Assembly (NCBI RefSeq): GCF_006345805.1
Contig: NC_043022.1
Coordinates: forward strand, 17,484,001 to 17,548,000
DNA: 64,000 nt
From: Octopus sinensis
Taxonomy: Eukaryota
Reading direction: 5' to 3'
The notes under the pieces are model-generated. The model did not search any database. It was not told the origin of the DNA and worked only from the letters and a program-made list of their open reading frames with translations. Position numbers and translations under genes: made by a program. This document shows positions 12,479 to 25,439 of this stretch, piece by piece; position 1 is the first letter of the stretch; the number at the start of each line of letters is the position of its first letter.

Positions 12479-12672
12479 ACATATATATACATACATATAT
12501 ATATATACATATATATACATACATATATATTATACATATATACACATATATATATATACATATATACACAATATATATATACATATATATATATACACAT
12601 ATATATACATACATATATACATACTATATATACATACATATATATATATATACATATATACACATACATATA

Positions 12673-12722
<50 letters not shown>

Positions 12723-12753
12723 CATACATACATATATACATACATACATACAT

Positions 12754-12787
<34 letters not shown>

Positions 12788-12826
12788 ATACATACATACA
12801 TACATATATCTATATATATACATACA
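11722..12826. repeat. ~1.1-kb compound (TA)n/(TACA)n/(CA)n microsatellite
   Basis: Directly visible. It generates the spurious Y/I/M/C/V/H ORFs in the track. Confidence 0.97.
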
Positions 12827-13161
12827 TGCCGGTGGCATGTTAAGCACACCATTCGAGCGTGATCGTTACCGCGTCACCTTACTACCACTTGTGCTGGTGG
12901 CACATGAAACATTCGAGCAAGGATGTCGCCAGTGCTGCTGGACTGGCTCCTGTGCCGGCGGCACGTAAAAACCACTATTTGGACATGGCTATTGCCAGTA
13001 CCACCAAACTGGCCCTCGTGCCGGTGGCACGTAAAAGCACCTGCTACACTCTCGGAGTGATTGGCATTAGGAAGGGCATCCAGCTGTAGAAACTCTGCCA
13101 GATCAGATTGTAGTCTGGTCCAACCCATGCTAGCATGGAAAGTGGACATTAAATGATGATA
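12827..13161 (+). mobile_element. RTE LINE 3'UTR/tail copy
   Basis: Repeated gccggtggcacgtaaaa units, ccatgctagcatgg and a tgatgat tail. Confidence 0.85.
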
Positions 13162-13223
13162 CATATATATACATATATTTATATATTGCATACATATATA
13201 TATATATATACATTATATATTGC

Positions 13224-13265
<42 letters not shown>

Positions 13266-13380
13266 TATATATTGCGTACATATATATATATACATATATA
13301 CTTATATTGCATACATATACATATATATACACACACACATATATATATGTATATATAGAGAAAGAGAGGGGGGGAGAGAT
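13162..13380. repeat. (TA)n-rich microsatellite
   Basis: Directly visible. Confidence 0.9.
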
Positions 13381-14530
13381 TAGTACTAACAAGGACTAAA
13401 TGGTTATCTCTGAGTATAACATACCGTTTTCACTTAGGCAAGCTTTGTTTTCCTTTCAGGTTCACAAAAGAATGACATCAATAACAATTTGCTCGAGTAA
13501 AAATAATTGAAGTAAAGAAATTGTCCATATGTAACAAGAGTTTTTGGTCAATATTTGATCACAACCAGATTCATATGTAGAATTTAAACCAAACCTAAGT
13601 ACAAGCTGGTCCTGTTTCAATCAACTGCTCATAAGTCAATATGGGCAACACTTGACTTATAATTGATGTTTATGTGCATTATTTACTAATATATGTACAT
13701 AATACATTTTACATTATATTTTTAATACCATTAGTGATGTTTTATTTTATATTTTCCTTCTTTAATTTCGTAACTAGTATTTCACAGATATTATTTTATA
13801 AATAAGGAAAATATTTAAAAAAAGATTAGTTGCTTAATACATATTAAGGCAGTGCACAACACATTAAAAAAAAAACTAAATCAAAAATAGTTAATTAATT
13901 TATAAATCTTTAAATTGGACACATACTCTCACACCTATTATTTTTAGCTTGGATTTGTATTTAGAGTGTCTGATAAAATTTAATGCTTTATAATAGAAAA
14001 TCTTAATCCTTTAACTTTTATCAATTTATAAATTATAGATTCAAAACTATTTTTGTCATTCTCGGAAGGCACGGAGTTATATATAATGGTGAAGAAGGGA
14101 GTCGACTGCGGTGTGAAGTATCCAGGGGTTTGCTCGCTGGATTAAGGTGAAGGCTGTTGGACGAGGAAGAGTTCCTGTGTTTTTGAAAAAGACGCTGGAT
14201 TTCGTTTGAATCGCTTCTTTTAATTCTTGCATGTTTCACGATACTAACTTATTGCTTCCTCAATATTTTTATCGACCTTGGCCAATTATTTGACGTTCTA
14301 GTTCATGATTTCCACCAGGCCAGAACTTGCTAAATATCATTCTTTGTTTTATTACTAATTCCTCTAAAGTTTCAATAAACAACTTATCAACTTTCGTTGC
14401 TTCTATTACTCAGATATTTTTTTTTCTTTTTGAAGCACCTCAACCAGCTCTTGCTTGAAAAGTTCTTATAATCAGCTCCTTTTTTTCAAAGTCTAAAAAG
14501 CAGCTTGGCTTGAATTGGTAATAAGCTTAC

Positions 14531-14620
14531 AAATACATTTGGTTTTCCATCCAGAGTATCATTTTCGCCTCCAATTCGTAAATTCCTTGTCGCTTTCTCT
14601 ATTACTATCATGGACGGCAT
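14531..14620 (-). CDS. Putative first coding exon of an unidentified minus-strand gene (MPSMIVIEKATRNLRIGGENDTLDGKPNVF), which probably continues leftward
   Basis: GCCGCCATG Kozak context and 30 open codons ending exactly at a GTAAGC donor (phase 0). Upstream acceptor ctacag with the exon starting at 14693. Lies in CpG-rich unique sequence. Confidence 0.6.
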
Positions 14621-14699
14621 GGCGGCCGAAACTTGTAACTGCGTCCAAGATTACCTTGTTATAAAAAATAGTGGAGATCGTTGAAAGGAATAACTGTAG

Positions 14700-16100
14700 A
14701 TCACAAGAGATTGCATTTACTTTCCCCTTTCTTCAGTCGTAATTGTAGGTGGCCTAAGGAGAAGGTAAAGCGCCGCCTTATGTAGGGGAGTATCTTTCAC
14801 ATTATAAAGAATCAACTTCTAGTTGTAAACAGACACAAAAATGACAACTAGTGGTCAAAGATAACTGACAATTAGTGCTTGTTTGCAAATTGAAAATTAA
14901 TGGTGGAAGAAAATAAAAAAAGAGCGAAAACTAATAAATTTACTAATAGAAAGTGAAAACGGTACGCTATGCTCAAAGATCGCCAAGCTATACGTCTCTG
15001 CACTCAATCCTTATATGAAGACACGAAGTTTTTCTTTTTTTCGCATAGAATGTCAAAAATCAGTGGGTGAGTGATCGTTCCAATAAAAATATAGGGAAAA
15101 AGAATTAGTCGACAATAACGAATGACATAGTTATTATTTCATTTAAACACAAAATTATCGATATACTCTACACGTGCTGTTCAATTTGCCGCGTGTCCTT
15201 GTATATGCGCGTGCGCGCGATGTGTAGCGGATATTGCCATATACGAACTAGAAACTGGGAAGTAAAATCAACAATCTTTAATCAAAATGAAACTCTACGA
15301 AAATATGAAATTCTATCGTGTCATCGTTCAAATCAATGGCAATATACATACACATAATATATTTCGCTATGAAAATGGAATTTTCATTATATAACAATGA
15401 TTTCTCACATTAGCACAAGGCCATAGTAGTTGTAAAATATAAAAAACACTTCAGAATGCCTGAGCTGCGTCATACAAACTTCAGTAAACACCCACAGTCA
15501 AAAAAACCAACTCCATTACACTAAGATAATAACCAATAACGATAAGAAATTAAACACCTTTACTTACACCAGTATATCGAGTATATATATATATACACAC
15601 ACACTGAGTATATATATATACGCAGAGATTAACAAAAAATAAAATAAAACCTGGTTGAAAGAAAGTCTTTCTCTCTCTAAGGGAGTTAATGCTGGGGATT
15701 TTCCACCAGTCACCGATTTTAGACAGCCATACTTAACGGTGTCTACCGGAAAGATGTTGTCAGTGAATAAAATACACCAGACGCGTGGCTGGACAAGAAG
15801 CGAGTAGAAGTAAACATGAATAGAACTATAAAGATTGCGAAAATAAAAACATAATAATGATGATCGTGTGTCTGAAACAACACAAAATAACGATGGTTAA
15901 AAATAAATAAAAATTTTACATTCGTATTAAAAATTGTATCAATCAAATGCATCATTCGTTTATTTATAAATTTACTGCAGTCTTTTCGTGTCACGAATGG
16001 ATTGTTAAGGAGTCATCTTAAGTTACACTTAAATATACACTAATTAAAACAGCAAGAAATGGGAGGAGGGTGAACACCAAGTTACAAATGCGACGTTATA
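14700..16100 (-). promoter_or_regulatory. CpG-rich, TE-free promoter/5' region with a candidate non-coding exon at 15650-15568
   Basis: CpG visibly retained relative to the flanks. Motifs: kappaB-type GGGGATTTTCC (15694-15704), E-box CACGTG (~15171), NRF1-like tgcgcgtgcgcg (~15206). Minus-strand acceptor ttcaaccag and donor gtaagt. Confidence 0.5.
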
Positions 16101-16782
16101 TATATATATGTGTGTGTGTGTGTGTAAAAAAAAAAAAATATTAGGGTGAATTCAATTGTGCATCTTTTTTTAAAAAATTATCGATATGACTACCGAAATA
16201 TATCAGAAGACAAGTTCAGGTATTTTGTCAAACACATCCAAGAAAGAAATTAAGTGTCATGCTAAACACAAATATGAATAAAATACCAAAAGAAAACATA
16301 TTTTAAATATTTATTAGTGGTGAAGTTCATACTTTTCGGAAAAACAGCAGTTATTTGCAGTAAACTGACTTCAGCGAGTAATCGAAAATATTTCGTGGAA
16401 TCTACTCTCTAGGTCTTTCCCACATGTACACAAGTCAATAACAACTGCAGTAGTAATAATCTTCCTACACAGGCATAATATCCGATACTACGAGAAGTTT
16501 AGAGAAATTGTGCTGTTCGTGATTTTCCAAAATGCATTAGCAACATGAATGAAAAAAGAATTTAAACAAAAACTGGATCACGACTTGGTTCACTGAATTT
16601 ACCACTCGTCTACAAAACTCTCAAACGCCGAATGTCATAAACTTTGGGCACATATGGAAATTTTAGTTAATAATTATTTTTTTTTTTTTATGCATATTAT
16701 ATTCATAGGCTTTCACAAACACTATTACAGTATTTTAAAGCTTTAATACTCGAACACATTCACAAGTCGAATATGAAAACTA

Positions 16783-17520
16783 ATCTTTCTACTATAGGCA
16801 CAAGGACAGAAGTTTTGGGGGAGGGGTCTAATCTATTACATCGACAGAGTGTTCGACTGGTACTGATTTCATCAACTCCGAAATAATAAAAGACACAAGT
16901 GGACCTCGACGGAATTTGAACTCAAAACGTAAAGAACCATAAGAAATGCTTCTAAGTCTTTTGTCCGGTGTGCTAACAGTTCTGCCAGTTCGCTGCCTTT
17001 CCTAATAATTGTTTATAAAGTAGGCCATTATGAGGGAGTTCGTCCTCAGTACTGTCTTGATACTTTATTTAGTCAAACCAGGGGGCGAGGGGGAGATGCA
17101 GGGCAAAGTTTTGAAAATGCCTGAATACTGTAAGCATTATTTCCTATGCTCAACGATTCTGCCAGCACATCATTTTCAAATAATACTCCTAGTACAAACG
17201 CAAGACCTGAAATTTGAATGGGTTTAGACATCTATAAAAATTCCAACACTTGATGGATAGAAAGCAAGATGGCCTCGGATGGATAGAAAGCAAAGATGGC
17301 CTCGGATCTGAACTCAGAATGTAGAGAGATGTAATTGTTTCTAATATAAAACACAAGACAAGAAATTTTGGAGGGAAAGAAACAGTCAATTATAGTGACA
17401 CCATCTCATCAATAAAATATTGATGAGATGGAAGGACAAATCTGATCTTGTAGGACATGAACTCAGAATGTAGAGCTTAGAGATGTGTCAATTTTGCCCA
17501 ACAGAAATACCAAAAGAATG
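16783..17520 (-). mobile_element. Cluster of 3-4 SINE family C copies
   Basis: Repeated ggcacaagg...gaatttgaactcagaa...ttctgccag...gcctt, homologous to 45755-45968. Confidence 0.75.
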
Positions 17521-18769
17521 ACTAAACGAAGTATCAGTTTAGTATTGAAGTTGATCTAATGGCTGGTTTTGGGCCTACTTTATAAACAATCAAAACAGTG
17601 ACACAACTAAATAGCGCAAAGCACTTTGATCAATGCCCTAATGATTCTGCTTTTCCACCATCTAAACAAGTTATACACGAATGAAGCTTGAAGACTTCTA
17701 GAAAGGAATAGATATAGTGAAAATTAGGAAGCTTGGGTTTGAAACCAATACATAGTACATCAGGCATGTGTCTTGTAGTCTCTTGTTGACCAATGCCTAA
17801 TGGTAGAATTTGAGAGACAGAAATTGTGTGGAAGCTTGTCATTTATTTATGTTTGAATGTCAGCATTTTTTGTATTGTTTCATCTCTCAACAACAGTTAA
17901 CTGAGCCACACAAGAACTAGAGCTACATGAAATATATACCAGACAGAAATAGGTGTCTGATCAATATGATCAACTAAAACCCTTGTAAGTTGTCCCTCCC
18001 CATCACCAGAGTACAATGACTGGAAGCAGTAAATGAGAAAGTATAACCCTTATGTGATTGCAGGCATTGAATCATCATCATCATCATCATCGTTAGAATT
18101 AAAAAGCAAAAACAAAATAAAAATAGAGATTTGATTAGAAATGTATTTGGAAAATTTACCATAAACATTTTTGTCATAAAGGAGACACACAAGAAAACTG
18201 TAAACTAGATAACTCATTTTAAAGAAATTAGCTTTCTTTGGTAAATTGACAAAGTTGTCATTTTAAAAAAACAACCGATTTTTTGGCACAATTTTTTTTT
18301 ATGGCAAAATTTCCTAAAACCAATTAGAGCCAGAGATTGGTAGCATTGTTAGAATGCGCAAGACATTTAGATAGAGCCCTTAACATTCAGAGTTCAAATT
18401 GTGCTGAGGCTAACTCTACCTTTCAATCCTTTCAGGGTCAATAAGTGCCAGCAACAAGACTGATTTAGTATTCCTGTAAAGCATTCAAGATGTGGAGGAA
18501 GTTGTAATAGAAAAGGATGAAATCCCACCCCTACATCATACAAGCAACTGTCTAGCCATTAGGAAACAGGTGAGAGTTGGCAACAGGAAAGGCACCCAGT
18601 CTCAGTGAATTCTGTCTGACTCTTGCAAGTATGGAAAAGTCTATTTTAAAATGATGATGATCATTATTTCTCACTTGTTTCCAAACATTTCCTAATGGCC
18701 AGACAGTGATGCTTATTTACAACTCTTACAACATAATGTCAAGACAAGGAGGGGCAAACACATACATAT

Positions 18770-18932
18770 GCAATCAGCTTCTTTTAATTACCATCGATCA
18801 AATTCACTCACTAGGCTTTGGTCAGCTTGAGGTTAAGATAGAAGACACTTGCCCAAAGTGCTATACAGTGGAGCTGAACCCAAAACCACATGGTTGGAGA
18901 GTCAACGTCTTAACCACACAGCCACATTTTTG
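18770..18932 (-). mobile_element. tRNA-derived CORE-like SINE, family B (5' part)
   Basis: Reverse complement reads tggctgtgtggttaagacg...ggttcagctcc...ttgggcaagtgtcttcta. Confidence 0.75.
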
Positions 18933-18939
18933 CATATGC

Positions 18940-19992
18940 ACAAGAACAATAAACACAAAAAACATAAAGGAAATAGATTCCCTCAAATGCCCAGGAGGAT
19001 CCTTAGAGGTGGTGGATAGTTTCTATTGCCTAAGTCACCAAATTAGCGGTGGAGGAGGATGCTCTGAAAACATAGTCATTAGAATAAAACCTGGCTGGAG
19101 AAAGTTCAGAGCTATTCCGTCTGTTGGTAATGAAAGGATTTCCTGTCAGAATAAAAGGCAGATTGTATGATGCTTGTATACAAAGAGCAATGTTATTTGG
19201 TAGTGAAACATGGGCTGTGAATGTAGAGAACATATGAAGGCTTAAAAGGACTGAAGCTAGCATGTTCTGCTGGATGTGCACTGTCTGTGTGCATGTACAA
19301 CAAAGTGCAAATGTGTTGAGAGAAAATTTGGGAATGAGAGGACAGCTGCATAACATAGTGCTGACTGTTAAATGTAGGTGGAACCTATGGAAGAGGGAGA
19401 TCCTGCAAGACATGGGATGAAGTAGTGAAGAATAACCTCCAGATATTAAGGGGATGACAAAAGACCAAAGAGGATTGGAATTTTGCTCAAGAAGACGTGT
19501 CCTAAGCAAAAATGAGGTCTTATAAATATATCACTTATGTCTAAACCCCTGCAACCAATTTGGTCCTTAACCAACCTCCCTGTCACATCCCATCTTTCAA
19601 ACACCCACCCTTCCATCATTCAGAATCCCCTTTCCTGAAACTTAAAGATATGCCTTGACACTTCTTTCCTTTTTAAGTGGGATAACTAACCATGTATCAC
19701 TGCTACAGCAAAAGACCTGTTTCTGTCCCTCTATCATAATTTAAATTCTCATCACTTGGCATAAAGCCACCTCCCTACACCTTGTCAAGCAAATTACATG
19801 GTGACCTCACTAGTGCCTGTGCCACATAAAAAGCACTCAGTACATTGTAAAATACCTGGCATTAAGAATGGCATCCAGCCATTGAAACCATGCCAAAGCA
19901 GACACTGGAGCCTGGTGCAGTCCTGTGGCTCACCAGCTCCTGTCAAACCATCCAGCACATGCTAGCATGGAAAATGGACTCACATGATGATT
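18940..19992 (+). mobile_element. 5'-truncated RTE LINE with 3' tail
   Basis: LEVVDSFYCL...GGGCSENIVIRIKPGWRKF, GSETWAV. The tail is catgctagcatggaaaat...atgatga. Confidence 0.85.
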
Positions 19993-21229
19993 ATATACAT
20001 ATATATATAAATACAAGCATCTAATATAATCATCTAACTCATGCAAGCATGGAAAAACATGTAAAAACAAAATCAGTAAATATGTTTATATAATTCATAT
20101 ACACAGCAAGCAAGAGACAGAAGGAGAAAGGGATCTGAGCAAACAAATTTCATTCTTGAAACTATAAGACAGTCAAACAGAATTACTGGTATTTCTGATT
20201 ATTTATGTGAAGATCTGTATATGCATGTTCATTTTTATAAGTGTATGTGTATTGAGCATCTGTGTCTTTCATATGAATGTTTCAGTGTCAAAATCCTGCA
20301 TGTATGTGTTCATGTATCTTAGGGATGTCTTGTCACTAAGTGCTGCGTGTATGTGTGTGTGTATACATATGTGAGCCTCTTCATATGTAGGTTCTTTTCA
20401 ATTTCTTTGTCATTCAGAACTGGCAGATGCTTTCACTAACATGTTTCAAGGGACAAGTGGTCAGATTTCATGACAATCTTTTTAGGCAAAAGGACATATC
20501 GAAGAGTACACAAATCAAAACATTTTAGAGTAAGAATACAGTGTTTAGTCTAAAAATCAAGAAATACAAAATTTAAATCTTAGTTATTAAAAACATGTTA
20601 ACAGCAATGGCAAAATTAAAAATCTATTCCACTCAATTCTAAAATAACATCAGAAACTGCCACCATTAATATACTTAATCATTTCTTGGTAAATGAATCA
20701 ATGGTAAATTTATATAACACTACAATTAATTATCAGGAAGCCTGGACAGCAGCATTATCAATTTACTCACATCTTTCTGTGCTTACATAGTCATAGAGGT
20801 TATTCCCAGCACAGCCATCTTGCCCCTTATTGCAATCCTGTTGTCATCTTTGTGTTTCAGCTTTTACCAATTCACCCCATGTCTTCCCTGATCATTCTCT
20901 TTCACAAGTTTTCCTACCACTTTGATCATATGGTCTTTCTTTACTCACCACACAAGTACAGTCTTCTCCATTGCATCTCTCAGTTGTACTCTGTCATTTA
21001 TACAAACAAACATTACACATCCAGCAGAAGAGGCTCTCCTCCTCATTTCTTTCCCTCTGATGCATATCTGCATTTCAAGGCCCCTGTTTCACTGCAACAT
21101 GCATGCAAGTATCATACAAGCTTCCCTTTACTTGCACAAAGAATCCCTTCCTTCCTGAACCTTCACATAACCCATTATTTTACTGGTTACTATGCTTACA
21201 GAACACCCACTTACACTGATAATTAGGTC

Positions 21230-22090
21230 ACACAGAAGCTATCAGCTATTTCTAGTGAGTAAACAAAGTTGAAAGTATTCCAAGAAAGCTCTTGCTGTTA
21301 ACTATCCCTGTGCATCTTCCTTCTCAACCTGCCCGTCATCCCACTACACCTCTTGTATGCCTATAGTTTACATTGTGTGCCAGATAGAATTCCTACTAAC
21401 TCCTTTGCTTTATATCCAGATGACAGTATAGCGTCCAGTCTTATTTCTTGTTAATTAAAACTTTTGTCATTAAAAGGTTTACTTTGAAACTATTCAATTC
21501 TTTTCTTGTCTGAAATTTTTGCTCAAACAGATTCTACTCAGAGAACCAGGTTACCATTATAAAGGAGTTTGCATGGACAGTTGCTCTTAAACTCTTGTTA
21601 TTAGGCTAGAGAATCATAATAAATAGTAGACAGCAAAGGATCAAGCCTTGATGAAAACCTACCTGCATGTTAAATTCTTTGCTGAACTCATGGCTAACAG
21701 TGACTTGCTGACAGCAACTAAGCACATGGTTGTTCGGGTTCTTACATCCAGTAATCTGTACATTGTTTTTTATTACCAAGCACAGCATCCTGTCAAAGGT
21801 TTTCTATAAATGCTAGGTATAGTAGTTTGCTCTTAACTACGAACTTCTGTAGTTGTTTCATTAGGAAATGGGAATTGGTTGTACACCATCCTAACACAAA
21901 CCTGATTTGCATCTCATCAAAGGCAATTCCCTTCCAAATCAACTGCAATGCAATTCTTACTTTCACTTTGTCCATCAGTTTGATGCTCTTGTGATTGCTT
22001 GTAATTGCTTCTTCCAAAAACATTTCTTCTGTCTTTGTAGCAACTGATGATGGTACTGCTATGCCAGTTATTAGGTGTGACACCTCATAC
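21230..22090 (-). mobile_element. Decayed RTE RT fragment
   Basis: DEMQIRFVLG, LYLAFI, EFNMQVGFHQGLILCCLLFIMIL. Confidence 0.75.
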
Positions 22091-23364
22091 TACGAACGTA
22101 ATCACTAAGCATTTCCCAATATTCATCGAAGAACATTGCTTCGTGTACAATATTGTGTGTTTATCATCATCATCACTTCATGTCCATTTTCCATGTTGAC
22201 ATAGGTTGGACGATTTGACAGAAGCTAGCAAGCTGGAGAGCTGCATCAGACTCCAATGTCTGTTTTGGCTTGGTTTCTATGATTGGATGCCCTTTCTAAC
22301 ATCAACCACTTTACAGAGAGTGCTAGACGCTTTTTTTACAGGTTTACTAATCTATTAAAAAGAAACTACCACACATGCAAAGCTGAAACCACCCATAATT
22401 ATAATTTTCACTAGTTTAGAGTAACAGACTGCTAAAGCTAAACTACTAATTAATTACAAGAATTGTCAGAAAAGAAACAAACAGTCCTTAGGAACTCAGT
22501 TTTGAATTTTTTGTCAGTCTACTTTTAGCATTTTTTAGAAGGCAGACAGATTATTTCGTTTCTAGAAGGAAATATTACCATGGAAAGAGTTGAATTCATC
22601 ACAAGCAATACATGTAATACCAACATGATGTAAAAAGAAGGCAACTGTTGAGATAATGTTAGTCAAAGACACATCAGAACAGGGTTAACATGATTCAAAG
22701 TGTTGACGTCTGTCACCTGGAAATCAACACTTTAATACACACAATTGTTCCTACCAAAAAGCGAGTTTCTATATGCCTTTAGGCCGATTTGTTAAAAATA
22801 GCAGCCCAATATCTTTCAAATCACATGACTATTTTCAAAAAGATGTGAGACATTGTAATGTTAAACATACAAAAAGAAGGCACAGTCACAAATGGAATAC
22901 TTTTCGTCTTAGACTTGCTCAATCGCTGCTCATGTCTAAGACACTTTTCACACTCGGGACACACTGTACAATTAGTATTGCAAATGCCAAACTCCCTCCT
23001 ACTGCATCCACTAACCAATGCCTCTGATGCCAAGCTACCTTAAGCCATTCTTGTAATTAAACATTGCACATTCATTCAATGAATCGCAATTTCTTCTTCA
23101 CACAACTTCCTGCATATGCAATCATAATCAAGCACTTCACATTGCAATACTATCAGGGCACTATATTATAATACTGCTTCCTGTAATCACATAGCAAGTA
23201 TCTATAAGGCAACAAGGTAACATAGCCACACAATAGTAACATAACAGGAAAAAAGAAAAAAAACAAGAGACCTATTAGAGAATGAAGTAGTAGAATGTCT
23301 ATGAAGATGAGATATCAATGAAGGTGTGGTGAGAATTCCTGTTACCAAATTATACAAATAGATG

Positions 23365-23866
23365 CAGGCAGAGCTGCTGCGGGATTAAGCAATTCAGTTC
23401 ACAATTAAATGGTTGAGTTCGATTCCATTGCTTGGCACCTGGGTAAATGTCTTCTGCAGCAGCCTCAGATGGACAAATGTCTTCTATGAAGAATTTGATG
23501 AACAAAATCTGTGTGAAACACCCTCATATACAAATCTTTCTTTCTCTCCATCATGTATGTGTGTGAATATATATGTCGGTGCATGGCTTAGTGGTTAGGG
23601 TGTTGCACTCACGATTGCGAGATCATGGGTTTGATTCCCAGACCAAGTGTTGCATTATGTTCTTGAGCAAAGCACTTCATTCACGTTACTCTGCAATCAT
23701 TTCATCATGTGACATGTGGAACATGGTGCACCTGTACAGGTAATGTGGATTTGATGAAGGGAGTGAGCTTATGTCTACACAAACATTTGATCACCATAAA
23801 CAAATCATCTGTGTTGTTTGTCAAGAAATTGCCAAACCCTCATATGTCTAACAACAGGAGAGTTCA
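23365..23866 (+). mobile_element. SINE family B fragment followed by a SINE family A copy (from ~23578)
   Basis: A/B-box-like heads gagttcgattcc and tggcttagtggttaggg...ggtttgattccc. Confidence 0.75.
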
Positions 23867-23954
23867 TTATTTCATATAAATATATATACACACACATGTA
23901 ATGTACATATTGACATATGGACAAATACATGTATACAAATATGCATTTGTGTTG

Positions 23955-24230
23955 TCATTGCCATTTAACATCTGCTTTCCATGCTGGCATGGGTTGGATG
24001 GTTTGACTGAAAACTGGTAAGCCAGGGAGCTGTGCCTGGTTCCAATCTGATTAGGCATGGTTTCTATGGTTGGATACCCTTCCTGACGCCAACCACTCCA
24101 AGAGTGTAGTGGGTGCATTTTACATGCCACCAGCATGGGTGCCATTGACATGACACCGGCCACAACTGTGATTTCACTTGGCTTGACAGGCCTTCACAAA
24201 CACAATATATCGCCAAAGGTCTCAGTCACC
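23955..24230 (-). mobile_element. RTE LINE 3'-end copy
   Basis: ttccatgctggcatgggttggatgg tail motif. Confidence 0.8.
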
Positions 24231-24232
24231 TG

Positions 24233-24267
<35 letters not shown>

Positions 24268-24299
24268 GTGTATATATATATGTGTGTGTGTGTGTGTGT

Positions 24300-24790
24300 G
24301 GAGGCACAATGATCCAGTGGTTAGGGCAGCAGACTCGCAGTCGTAGGATCGCGGTTTCGATTCCCAGACTGGGCATTGTGAGTGTTTATTGAGCGAAAAC
24401 ACCTAAAACTCCACGAGGCTCCAGCAGGGGGTGGTGGTGAACCCTGCTGTACTCTTTCACTCTTTCTTCCTGTTTCTGTCATATCTGTATTTCAAAGGGC
24501 CAGCCTTGTCACAGTCTGTGTCACGCTTAATCTGCCCCAGAATTACGTTAAGGGTACACGTATCTGTGGAGTGCTCAGCCACTTGCACGTTAATAAATGA
24601 GCTGCGACGTCACTGGTGCCAAGCTGTATCAGCCATTGCCTTTCCCTTGGATAACATCGGTGGCGTGGAGAGGGGAGGCTGGTATGCATGGGCGACTGCT
24701 GGTCTTCCATAAACAACCTTGCCCAGACTTGTGTCTCGGAGGGTAACTTTCTAGGTGCAATCCCATGGTCATTCATAACCAAAGGGGGTC

Positions 24791-24792
<2 letters not shown>
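24300..24792 (+). mobile_element. Relatively intact tRNA-derived SINE (family A-related) inserted in microsatellite
   Basis: Head tgatccagtggttaggg (A box) and gtttcgattcc (B box). Shares the body ccagccttgtcac...gtggagtgctcagccacttgcac with 49802-50108. Confidence 0.75.
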
Positions 24793-24867
<75 letters not shown>

Positions 24868-25245
24868 AGTAAGATAGGGATTATGGGTGTAACCCACTAT
24901 GGTATAGCATTTATCCAATATACTGTTGGTAAAGTACCCAGATTCTTAATATATAAATGTTTATAATTGCAATTTAATTAACTCGATGATGATGATGATG
25001 ATTTATTGTATTAAACAGGTGAAGGTAAAGAAATATTTTACCGTAAATTTATAATACAAATAAGAAAATGGTGTTCATATTATGACTTTTATAATTTGTA
25101 TTCTTATCTTATATGTATTGAATTATAAGATATATATGTATGCTATTGAGGTTCGCATTTTGTTGAATGAATAAATAATCCAACATTATAATATCCGAAA
25201 GTTGATGAACAAACTAAATTTGTTTCTCCATTTTCTTATTTGTAT

Positions 25246-25283
<38 letters not shown>

Positions 25284-25439
25284 ATATATGTATATATAGA
25301 TAGCTAGATATATATATATATATATATATAGGTTAAGAAATTTGCTTCCCAACCATGTGGTTTCCAGTAAATGAATGATGCCAATGGACTGAAGAACATG
25401 TTTTTTTGCATCATAATGCTTCATCATCAACAGATAATT

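Noticed and set aside
11505-12852. Long ORFs of 221-421 aa (Y/I/M/C/V/H-rich) on both strands
   Set aside because: These are translations of the (TA)n/(TACA)n microsatellite, which lacks stop codons by composition.
13425-13452. Possible 28-nt minus-strand micro-exon (ENKACLSEN) in phase with the 14.6-kb exon
   Set aside because: The donor is reasonable but the AAG acceptor is weak, and I found no convincing next exon. It needs RNA evidence.
14531-14620. Resemblance of ATRNLRIGGEND to B-type cyclin N-termini
   Set aside because: The match is too short, and I found no destruction-box or cyclin-box exon in the 14.5 kb downstream, so no gene symbol was assigned.
22821-23033. Cys-rich ORF (CTVCPECEKC) suggesting a metal-binding peptide
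   Set aside because: There is no in-frame ATG (the track used TTG), a stop lies immediately upstream, and no domain is recognisable.
23578-24365. tRNA-like sequences with A and B boxes (also at 42000, 43960, 49802 and 58510)
   Set aside because: They are SINE heads. No complete cloverleaf is present and each continues into a shared SINE body.
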